A stretch of 64,000 nt of DNA, taken from Amoebidium appalachense (lineage: Eukaryota > Protista > Ichthyosporea). The DNA lies in the NCBI GenBank assembly GCA_963693365.1, contig CAVNZM010000013.1, positions 7,020,713-7,084,712 of the forward strand, read 5' to 3'. A model generated the notes under the pieces. The model was given only the letters and a program-made list of their open reading frames with translations, made no database searches and was not told the origin of the DNA. The translations under genes and the position numbers were made by a program. This document shows positions 1 to 51,382 of the stretch, one piece after another; positions within the stretch are counted from its first letter, which is position 1; every line of letters begins with the position of its first letter.

Positions 1-85
1 CCGCCTACCCACCCACCTTTTGCATGTCCAATCGTGGGTGCAGGTAGTGCCTTAATCCTCGACTGTTCCTCCCCAGGCACCTTCT

Positions 86-40416
<40,331 letters not shown>

Positions 40417-42022
40417 ATTGGAGGGGACATAGACTCTGCAAGAAAGAGAAAATATAAGCAGGTTTCCTTGTCATAACCTTAAATGAAGGAACGTGTACGT
40501 GTGTGCATGTGCGGCCGTATAGTGTGTGTGGGTGTCTCTTTCTGACTATCTGTTTGTTTTTATCTCCCTGTGTGTGTGTGTGCATTTTCGTGCACGTGCA
40601 TGTGCTCTGTGGTTGTGCCTGTGTGCGAGCGTTTGCCATTGCTTGTGCCTACTCGAAATGTTTTGTGCTTGCAACGCAGCAGAGAAACAAACAGAGAAGT
40701 AGGGTTGGAGGGAGGGATGTGTACGCTCAGGAGTATAAAAGACGTGTGTGTGTGTTAGAAGAGTGTTTGTGTAACTAGTAGGAAAGGGGAGGAGGATATC
40801 TGGTGCGCATGCACAACATACACTCTGGCCTGTAAGGAGCACTGAGGCATGGTTTTCCCTGCACATAACCTCTCTTTCACGAAATCCCAAACACCAACTG
40901 GAACTACACAAATATCTAACCATGGATATCAGCCATTTCGTGCACCAATATAGAACTGTATTGGTGTCAACCTACATGTCTAGATGTGCCCCTGCCTAGG
41001 ATTGTGTTAGATTTACACCTAAGCATCACACTTGTGTTCACCTTCGCCTGTGCACCCTACAGGTATAACACCACTGTCGTGCTTTTCTCTCCTCCAACAA
41101 AACTGAAACCTTTCAGAATGACCTAGCCCATGACACAGTTCAAATAGCACACAACTGTCAGCAGCAGAAAGCTAATTGAAGAAGGGGAAGTACCTACGGA
41201 CCCCTCACCCTCCTCAAACCCCCACGACCCCCCCCCCCCCCTCCCCCCTCCCCACCCTCCCCCCTCCCCCCTTCTACCCCCCCCCCCCCACACACAAGTG
41301 CCCTCCCTCCACCCTCCTTCCCCCCCACCCCACACACACACACACACCCTAATCCTCCTCCTCCCCCCCCCCCCCCCCCCCCCCCCCTCCCCCCTCTCCC
41401 CTGCCTCAGCCTCGTTCCACTCCCCCTTCCCCTGCACTTTCCCCCTCCCCTTCCATCTGCTGCCCACCTGTCTCCTTTAATTGCTAGCTCCCTTACCAAA
41501 TGCCTATCGCCTATGGCTACGGTCACCCGAAGTGAGTTTTTAGCCCGCCCTATTCTCCTTCTTGTTACTTTCGCTTTTTGTGCTACGAAAGCCACGGTTG
41601 CTTTCGGATAGAAGCCAAAGCCCTTCTGTCAAGCTTGTACGCTTCTGTAAGCTGAGTGACGATTAATCTGGCTGCCTGATAGGGAAGAAAGAAACGACTT
41701 GCTTTTTCCGTTTGTGCCTTCGTTATAATAGAAGAAAACGTAGCACGTCCACTTTGCCTTTGGTGTAGATCTTGCCACTACACTGGACAACTTGTCCTGT
41801 GCACCTTAAACCAAGATCTAGTTAGCCCAACTCTACACAGCCTTAGTCATGCTAGCACTAAAACCTATGCATATCAACTCTTTGTTACTAAATAATATAA
41901 AACTCCTTATCCCCCTTTCTCCTATCCTCAAGGCTTCCCCCACACAGGTTCTAAGCTCTGCAGCCGCTCTGGCCGGCGCATACAACACAGTTCATGTTTT
42001 GGTGATATCACAGATTTGAGGA

Positions 42023-42057
42023 ATTTGGCGGGAAAACCTCGTGACGTCACTGAGCCA
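42023..42057. promoter_or_regulatory. E2F-like site plus CRE palindrome upstream of HFM1
   Basis: TTTGGCGGGAAA at 42024-42035 and GTGACGTCAC at 42041-42050, in microsatellite-poor intergenic DNA between divergent genes. Confidence 0.45.
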
Positions 42058-43130
42058 GTCCTTGGACCTTGGGCTGGTCTAATCACAAAGTCACAGGCGG
42101 CTTATTACTATTATTATTATTATTACTATTATTACTATTATCATTATTATTATGTCTTGCTAAATGCAATGTAATTAGAGTTTTATAGCAACACTACGAC
42201 GATAATGCACTTTTATTGGAGCTCGTTTAAAGGCAACCACTGACCGGTACCAGGGCTGGGCACGGCTGCCGGGCAGTGCCCGCACCGTCACTGTGCACGC
42301 CGTCGGTCTCACGGTCGGCGTCGTCTCGGCGATCCACTATAAATCTTACTGGTTGGCACTGGTTGGGTATTTTAGATCTACCAATCACATATTTATTTTC
42401 GGAAAAGAGCGGGAAAATTTAGCAAAGTCGAGTCAATAGATTTTTCTGGTCGGCATGATCTACATACGTTCAAGGGTACAATTTGCCCGCATATGCATGC
42501 CCCCACGTTTCCTGGGTTATGGCATCTTAGATACGAAGGGGGGGTGACTCTTTATAACGGATCTTTGTTACTCTTTTCTGTACTAGCATTCACCTTTAAC
42601 AACGCTCGGAGTCAAATGCACAATAACAATTACTTGTCATGCATAATGATTTCAAGCACACATCAGGTCACACCTCAGGCCACATCCAGGTCGTTGCATG
42701 CGCACATGGCCAGCCTGGTGCGTACGTCACTCAGCTACGCCACGGCCTGCCGCAGCACGTGAGCCCTGCAGCTGCTCGTGTCTGTCAACAAGCACGAGAA
42801 AGCTTGGATATTATATACTGTAGATGACATATAGGCAATATTATACCGTGTCGCATTGGCCGTCATTTATGTAGCATGCTCCCGGCCAGCGCTGCAGACT
42901 GGTATACAACTGGTATGCGTAATTGCGTATGCATGCTACATGAGCTACATGGTTAATTTTATCATTATGCCAGTTGTCGAGATATCACGGAATGCGCAAA
43001 ATCTAAAACGTACGTACACTAGCTTCAGTTACCCCATCACTGTGGCCTTTCTGAAGCACGTAGAACGTCGTGGAAGCTGTGGTGTTCCGTGTGTGAAGCA
43101 TCGGTCTCCCCCTAGACAAGCACCAAAGGG

Positions 43131-43138
43131 TATAAAAA
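43131..43138 (+). promoter_or_regulatory. TATA box of the Cys-rich secreted protein gene
   Basis: TATAAAAA 78 bp upstream of an ATG in CACCATG context. Confidence 0.6.
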
Positions 43139-43208
43139 CACGCACTCTTAGCCCCCCAATCACAATCATCAACCTGCTCTGTTTCTCTACTCAATACGTT
43201 CACTCACC

Positions 43209-43682
43209 ATGAAGCTGTTTGCTCCTCTCGTTGCCGTTCTTTCCGTGGCCGCCGCTGCCCCCGCCACGAAGCAGTGCTGGGAGCGGAACGCTTGGGAGAA
43301 TGGGGTTGTCTCCACGGACCCCCGCAAGTCATGCACCTGCAACTGGGGCCTCAACTGGGTTGAGGTGAACGACGACTGGATGTGCCAGCAGGCCCCCCGC
43401 TTCCCCTGCGCCGATTTTAACGCCTACGAGACGGCCACCTACCCCACCAAGCTCGAGGACTGCAAGTGCAACTATGGCTTTAAGTTTGACGATGTGAACA
43501 ACCCCACCAACTGCATTCCCCTTGATGGCACCGAGAAGCCTGACCTGAATGACCCCGACTATCGTTTCCCCTGCTGGACCATCCGTGCCTACGAGAAGGA
43601 GGGTGTGCGCCCCATCCTCCCCACCGACTGCCAGTGTGAGACTGGGCTGAAGTACAACCAGGTCGAGAAGATGTGCATGTAG
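43209..43682 (+). CDS. Secreted cysteine-rich protein, 157 aa, three 4-Cys repeats
   Basis: Signal peptide MKLFAPLVAVLSVAAAAP; 12 Cys in three repeats of C-x4-A[WY]E-x11-12-CxC-xxG[LF]x[WFY]-x6-8-C; strong C/G-ending codon bias; intronless; TATA box upstream. Confidence 0.9.
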   Translation: MKLFAPLVAVLSVAAAAPATKQCWERNAWENGVVSTDPRKSCTCNWGLNWVEVNDDWMCQQAPRFPCADFNAYETATYPTKLEDCKCNYGFKFDDVNNPTNCIPLDGTEKPDLNDPDYRFPCWTIRAYEKEGVRPILPTDCQCETGLKYNQVEKMCM

Positions 43683-44330
43683 GTGCCCATGGGACTCGTG
43701 TAGTCTGCAAGGCTACCCGGGTGATGCCCATATATATTAAATGATGGGTGGTCTCAAAGTAAAACTCTGTCAGATCATCATCTAAACTGTCGTCAGTACA
43801 ATTTGTGCACATGTAAAGTAGCTGTGAATGCGGAGTTGGCGTGCAGAATGTTGGGGAAAGTGCATAGGCCGTAACCGATGTGGGAATTATAGATTTGTGT
43901 TAGCCTGTACATATGTCTACACCAAATCGTTTTCCTGCAGCCAAGAGTACAAGTTTACACTCTAACGTTTGGCACTGTGCTGTAGCAAGCTGTTTGCAGT
44001 ACAGTACAGGTCGATCGATGGTGGCACCTTCATATATATAACCCGCTGAATAATAAACGGTGAATAAATTGTGTGCTTCCTTGTGTGTGGCCATGCCAAG
44101 TTTTCACAAGTTAAAGACAAAAAAGCTTGAAGACGACAAGTGCAAAACTGAGTTGTCTGTTAGTATTATATTTGATTGACCGAATGGCCACAGTGTCATC
44201 ATCATGTTGCATACATACGTATACATCAACTTGCCTGCTTGCTTCCTTTGGCAATTGCCTTGTTTCGTGTGTGTACGTGTGTGTGTGTGCGTGTGTGTGT
44301 GCGTGTGTGTGTGTGCGCGCGTGTGTGTGC

Positions 44331-44434
<104 letters not shown>

Positions 44435-45232
44435 CGCGCGCGGGCGCGGGTGCGTGTGTGTTTGTGGTTGTGTCACGTGGCATGCAAACGGTACCACCCT
44501 ATAGTTATTTGGATCTCCACCATAATGTATCAATAAGTATCATACCATCCACTTTGGCAAAGATACACAACAACGAACATTCTTTATGCGGCTGATGTGC
44601 TTATTGGAATAGGGTGCAAGGTGGGATGTGCAAAGTTTGATACCTTGTACCATGATAGCAGCTATTGATAGGACCATATCATATATATATATACATAGGC
44701 AGCTTTAATATTATAAGGGCTCGGGCAGTTGTTATATAGGAGCGAAGTAACTCTATCTTCGAGAAAACGAGCATAGGTCTCTCCAAAACAATTGAACCAA
44801 GCAGCAACAAGAGGTAAGCAAATATCAAACGAGGATATTAATATGTACATGGGCAAAAACGCAAGTAGAACATACTATGGGCGGAGGGGCATGTCTTGAA
44901 GGCTGCATGAAATATAAAGCCCAAAGGTTTAGGCGGCAGCAAGCTCTACCCCTTTTTTAACCATGTATCATCGAACCCACTATTTCATACATGTCATTTT
45001 TGTAGCAACAGTACTAGTAGTGTTTGGGGGCCCGGGAGGGGAGGGGGGGGAAGGGGGGGGGGGGGGGGGGGGGGGGGTTGCTTGAGGGGGGTTGGCATAT
45101 GTAGTATGGTAGAGGGCGAACGGTGGGAAGGACGAGACGGGGGCAGGGGGGGGGGGGGGAGGGGGGGAGGGGGAGGGGCGGGGGGAGGAGGCCGCTAGGG
45201 GAACTGGGCAGGGAAGTGCACGGGTGCAGGAA

Positions 45233-45277
45233 CAAGGCCTCCTACAGAGTCCTACTCTGTCATTGTAGGAGGCCTTG
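45233..45277. mobile_element. 45-bp miniature inverted-repeat element with 14-bp TIRs and 8-bp TSD
   Basis: CAAGGCCTCCTACA...TGTAGGAGGCCTTG flanked by the direct repeat TGCAGGAA (45225-45232 and 45278-45285). Confidence 0.7.
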
Positions 45278-45381
45278 TGCAGGAAGCAGGCTGACTTCCG
45301 TGACCCGCCAAATAGGCCAGATTACCATAAGCCCTGCGTCACTGAGCCATTTTTGCGCAAATCACACATTCTGGCGGGATC

Positions 45382-45885
45382 ATGATGGCACGGACTCACT
45401 ATGGATGCGCAGCCCTTACCGGGCTGGATAAACACCCCCTATTACTACGGGTGCAGGCCAGTGACGTCATAGTGCTGGATGTGGGCGGCCGCCACTTCCA
45501 CACCACCCGCCGCACGCTGTGTGCCGTGCCCGGGTCTATGCTGGCCGCCTGGTTCAGCGGCCGCCAAACCATCCAGACCCGCCCTGACGGCACGGTGTTT
45601 GTCGACCGCTCGCCCCTCCTGTTCGACTATGGGCTCGACTACCTGCGCACACCCGGTGGCCGCCCCCTGTTCCCGGCCGACGAAAGCACAAAAGATCGGC
45701 TGCGTGACGAGTTTCTGTTTTACGGTTTGCCCTGGGTTGAGACTGATACACCATCGGTGTTGGATTTTTTTGCTGGCGACATGCGAAGCGTAACGATGAA
45801 GTACAAATTTGATCCCACTGCCACCTTTTTGCAAATTGGTGCCGAGCGTTTGCTGCTTGGCCCGGGTACCATTGTGACCGGGTAG
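45382..45885 (+). CDS. BTB/POZ (T1/KCTD-type) domain protein, probably the N-terminal part of an interrupted gene
   Basis: VIVLDVGGRHFHTTRRTLCAVPGSMLAAWFSG...DGTVFVDRSPLLFDYGLDYLR...LRDEFLFYGL matches the KCTD/T1 BTB signature. Confidence 0.85.
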   Translation: MMARTHYGCAALTGLDKHPLLLRVQASDVIVLDVGGRHFHTTRRTLCAVPGSMLAAWFSGRQTIQTRPDGTVFVDRSPLLFDYGLDYLRTPGGRPLFPADESTKDRLRDEFLFYGLPWVETDTPSVLDFFAGDMRSVTMKYKFDPTATFLQIGAERLLLGPGTIVTG

Positions 45886-46506
45886 TCACATGGCAGCACC
45901 GTCACCCTCCTCGACCTCACAGTCCTCTGGCCCGCCCATCACGCCATTGGCTGCAGGCTCGATGTTATCAGACGGAGGTGGGGGTGCGGGCACCGCAACT
46001 GGCTCCTGCGCCGGGGCATTGGCCACACAGGAGAGCGGGGCAAAGTTGAAGTACTCCTCCGGTAGCTTGTAGCAGCCTACGGGTACCCACTGGGGGTCGA
46101 GGTGATGGCCGTACAGCATCAGCGCCAGTGCCTCCATGTCGTCAACAATCCAGGGGCTGTAGTGGGGGGGCCCCGATGCCTGGCCCAGGCGGTTGCGGTA
46201 GTGTGCACGCAGGTTGTGGCGGTGGCGCCTATTGGACATGGTGGCGTCCAGCAGGCGCAGCGACATGCGTGTGGCCCCAAAGTGGGTGGCCAGGGGGTTG
46301 TGCACTGCCCCCTCCACCTCGTTGGTGCCCCGGATGCAGCGGTAGCGCATGAGCCCATCTGCGTCGGCAGTGGTCTCGTAGTAGAGGGGCAGGCCGGGGG
46401 GGTCCGACAGACAGCCATTTTGGGCGTGTTCGAGCAGCGACTGTGGGGGCACAAGCAAACATCAGAGAGATGGGTGGGTGGTGGTGGTGGTAGTGTGTGT
46501 GTATGT

Positions 46507-46568
<62 letters not shown>

Positions 46569-46640
46569 TGGGGTTGCTAAGGAAAAAAACGAGCAGGGAA
46601 AGGCAAAAAACAACTGGCTAGGCAGCAAGGGCCGTGCGGG

Positions 46641-46710
<70 letters not shown>

Positions 46711-48362
46711 ATGTTTGGGGGGGGGGAGGGGGGGGGGGGGGGGGAGGCTAGGGTGTGCGTGTGTGTGCAGATGAACCAAGGATGACAAATAAGCGAAGAA
46801 TCTTTTCTGTGGTGGTGGAGTTGTTGGGCGCCTGCAGGGGGAGGGGGGGGGGGGGGGGGGATGTTGCCTCGAGTCTTTCAAAGCCATCCTTCTTGAACAG
46901 AGGCTTGCCATCCGGTCCGGGCGGCACATCCTTGTAGGTGTTTTTGAACTCCACCAGCCGCGAGACCAGCGTGTATGGGTCGGGAATAACCCGCCGGATG
47001 CGCTCCATGAAGTAGCTCAGGTCGCCGCCCTTGAGCTCGGTTTCAATGTCGATGCCCTTCTGCTCCAGCACCCCCTGTGAGGCAGGATGCCAATATTAAT
47101 TTACTACGCACACTGCAATTTGGGTTTGGTAGACTTTGATACCTGCCGTTATTGTAGGACCCCTCCCCTCCACCCCCCCATCTTCTCCCCCAACACAAGT
47201 AAAAAATGCATGTGGCTCTTTCCCCCCACAACCCTACATTATTTCTCTCTAGGCATATGAATAACCCCCACTCTCCTCCCCCCCCCCCCCCTCCCCCCCC
47301 CCCCCCCCCCCCCCCCCCCCCTTGCCCCCCCCCTCTCTCTGAGGCTCAGGCTCTCTCTCTTCCCTCAGAAGTTTTGTCGAAGGTGTGCATGGTTGTGGGT
47401 GGAATGGTGAGTGTGTGCTAACGAGTGTATGTGTGTGTGCGCGTCAGTCACGCATGTTGTTGTTGCCGTTTTTTTTATTTTTATTTTTTATTTTTTATTT
47501 TGGGGGGGGGGGGGAGGGGGGGGGGGGGGGCACCTTCACATGTCCGTAATCCTCTTCATTCCACACAAATATTGCCTCGCTGAGTGCGCGTGCGTACTCA
47601 GCCCTGCGGGGGTGTGACTTGTACGTGCCGTCCGCCGTGTTTGCAATGGAGTGGAAGGCGTCATTCAGCACAGTCTGCCACACCACCTCCCCAGGCGGTG
47701 CCTGGCCCAACATGCCCTCTCTGGGAGCTGCCTCGGGTCCCCCTGGGGCTGCCTCAAGGCCCCCCGGGGCTGCCTGGGGGTCCTGGGGGGGTGCCTGTGG
47801 GCCGGCAAGGGGTTGCTGCTGCTCGGCAGGGGGAGGGGCTGGGTCAGGGACCACCGGCACCTCGGCACCTGGGTCCGGTGGGGGCTGAATGGGCCGTAGC
47901 CACTGCAGGTGCACCATCAGCTCAAAGGGCGGCGGGCCCAGCTCTCCCAGGGTCTTGCCCTTGTCGGGGCCAAAGGGCACCTGCATGGCCGGCGACAGCA
48001 CCTGATCCACCCGCACCACTGCATGCTTCTTGCCCACCTTCATGCCCCCCCAGCGCTCCGGCTGCACAGCCAGCACCACCCCGGTGGCTGCTGCAGCATG
48101 TGGGCCCCGCCGGGGCACAATCTCAACCCCTTCACCGAGTGCCTTTGCATGAAGCCGCGCTGCATGTCATAGAGGGAAGCAAAAAACTCAGCCAAAAAGC
48201 CACAGCACCAACGTTTTTCTCTTCGCTCCACAAAAATCAAATGCATATTCCTTAGCAACCCCCCTTCCCCCCCCCCCCCCCCCCCCCCCCTTCTCCCTCC
48301 CCCCCCCCCCCTCTCCCAGTGCCCAGCTTGTGTGGCACTTGCACGTGTTAACAGTGCTATAG

Positions 48363-48400
<38 letters not shown>

Positions 48401-50021
48401 ACCACCACCACCACCACCAATCACCCCCTCCTTTGATAGCCACCCGACACCCAGCATAACACAACTGGAACACTGGCCCATGTGGTCAGCCACCCCCCCC
48501 CCCCCCCCCCCCCCCCCCCTCCTCCCCCTCCCCTCTCCTCTGGGGGGCCCAAAATCTTTCTATATCTGGCATAAGCACATAAGCACTGGGGCAAAAAGCA
48601 GGTGGGATACACACCTGACAGGTTTGGCCTATCGACCACGGCCGAGTAGACCTGCAGGGACGCATATGCATCAAGGGCAGCGTAGGTGGCCTGCACCTCT
48701 GATAGCGGCTCGTGCCAGTTGGAGCATCGAACAAGTGCCGGCTTGGGCAGCTTCTTGCCTATGACCTGGGCAGTGATGTCGGCCAAGCCCCGGGCCGCAG
48801 AGGTGATAGCTGCACGGGCATAGCAGAACCGGCCCAGCTCCAGATAGCTGGCCACAGGGGTGCCGTAGTCCTTGTTGAGGTGGGCCGAGTCCGTGCCGAT
48901 CTGCTTGCCCACCTTGATGATGCTGGGGTCCCTAAGCAGCGCAATCAGCTCGTCCACCAGCCGCGCGGGCGGGCTGTGGTTGGGGCCCATGCGTGCCAAG
49001 TGGAAGATGTACACGGCCCGTGCGGTGGCAATCTGCAGCGTGCAAACCTTGGACCGCGCCTGGCCCACCCGATAGACCCACTCGCAGTCCAGCCCCACCA
49101 CGCGGTGCTGCTGCCCCTCCAGGTCGGCACGAATGGCCGCTGTAGCCACCACCGCCCCCTGGCAGTCGGTGTACACCGGCTTAGGGTAGTTGGCCGGCAG
49201 CTCCAGCCCAGGCAGACCGTCCGTCACGCTTACCAGCGCAGCCTCGTTCAGACGGACGGGGCATTTTGGCCGGGCTAGGGTTGGAAACATGCGCTCAACA
49301 AACGCCCGGTCTTGGCAGCACCGATCTGTGTAGAAGAAGGCCGGGCCCTTGCTGTTGAGCGCCGCCGTGGTGGCAGAGATGCGCTGGATCACGGGCTCAA
49401 TCTCCTGGTGGCTGCAGTCCCGTGTAAATACCTGCGCCCGGATCTCTGGGGTGCCGCACTGTGTGAGAGGGCATCTCCGAGCAGCCATGCATGTTCTAGC
49501 TTCCCTTACCACATGGCCCTTCACGAGACTTCAGTGCCCACACAATCCTTTCCCCCTCCCTCCCCCCAAACCCATGTGCCCACATACTTTCCCCTCCCTC
49601 TCCCCCAAAACCCTTCCCCCTCCTTCCCCCCAAACCCATGTGCCCACATACTTTCCCCAGGCCTCCCTTTCCCCCAAAATCTTCCCCCCCCCCTCCCCCC
49701 TAAACCCATGTACCTACAATCCTTCCCCCTTCCTCCCCCTAAACCCTTGTGATCACAATCCTTTCCCCCTCTCTGCCTTCCCCCCAAACCCATGTGCCCA
49801 CGATCCTTCCCCACTCCCCCTCCCCCCAAACCATGGGACAGCCCTCCATATGGCACCTACTGTCCCCCCCCCCCCCCCCCCCCCCCACCCCACCCCGGGC
49901 CTCTTGCCCTCTCTACCTTCAACCCCGACGGTGGTGTCTCTCCCCCCCCCCCCCCCCCCCCCCCCCCCCCTGCATCCCTTGCAATCACTGGCCCCTACTC
50001 CCATTCTGCTTGGCAGAAGCT

Positions 50022-50101
<80 letters not shown>

Positions 50102-50335
50102 ATTCCCCCGCCAAAAGAAAGCTCCACCCCAGCCCACCCCAATCTCTACCCAGCAAAAACACATACACACATATCTGGAGCTTCCTAGTTTTTGCTCGAC
50201 AGGGCAAGAATTGTCCCCAAAACCCACATACTACAAACCTCTACTCACAGTGTGCCACCTCATTAAATGTGGAGCCTAAGAGATTTAAAGGCCCTAGAGG
50301 GGGGAGGGGGGGAGGGGGGGAGGGGGGGCGTGTGT

Positions 50336-50366
<31 letters not shown>

Positions 50367-50797
50367 GGGCGTGTGTGGGGGGGGGGGGGGAGGGGGGAAG
50401 GGGGCCTGGGGGAGAGTGGGGGGAGGGGGGAGAAGAGGAGGGACCACACACCGCCAAGCTCGTTTACACAAGTCCATAGGCCTCGGTACAGAGGCTCCCC
50501 ATTGATGCCGGTGAGCTTCCCAATTTGGAAGGTGTGGTCGGCCTTGAGCACGTTGTTTACGGGCTTGAGCTGCGTGTCCAGGCTCTGGTACTTTGCCGTG
50601 CGGTCGCTGAACTCAGTATACACGGCACTCAGGTATTTGCCTGAACCCCAAGTACTGTTAGAACTCCACCACCCTCCCATCAGGACCATCCCCCCCATTC
50701 CCTCTAGTCCCTCGTGTTCATCTCACCTCTCTGTATTTTCGTAAGTCTGTATGGCTTTTCCCATCTCAAAAACGCTACACACCCATCTCCGGCCGTT

Positions 50798-50850
<53 letters not shown>

Positions 50851-51027
50851 CCCCGCCTCCCGGCGCGCGCAAACCCTCCAAGTCATTGCACCAACTTTCA
50901 CCTTCTTTCCCCTTTGTGCCCCATCTGCAGTTTGTCCCCTGCACGTCCGTTTGCCCTTCCCCCCACACCCTCCTGCCACTACTATAATAACCATTAAGTA
51001 CCGCCACCAAGATCCAGTCTACCACCA

Positions 51028-51068
<41 letters not shown>

Positions 51069-51218
51069 CTCTCCACCTCCTTTCCCCCAACACACACAGA
51101 CACACATGCGCACACCCACCATCTAATTTCAGGCATAACAGTTCTCCACGATTTCCCAAGCACACTCACTGGTACATGGACCGTTATGCTTTCACCCCTC
51201 TGATGATCCCTCTGCCCC

Positions 51219-51249
<31 letters not shown>

Positions 51250-51351
51250 ACCACCACCACCACCACCACCACCATGACTGATTGCCACCACCACCACCTA
51301 ATCCATCACCATGTCCCCCCCCCCCTCCCCCCCCCCCCCCCCTCCCCCCCC

Positions 51352-51382
<31 letters not shown>

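Noticed and set aside
48421-49524. Stand-alone WRN/EXD2 exonuclease gene, or the exonuclease part of a WRN helicase with the nearby helicase
   Set aside because: The exon splices in phase to transposase-like exons on both sides, and the helicase is Ski2/MER3-type rather than RecQ and is separated by other genes.
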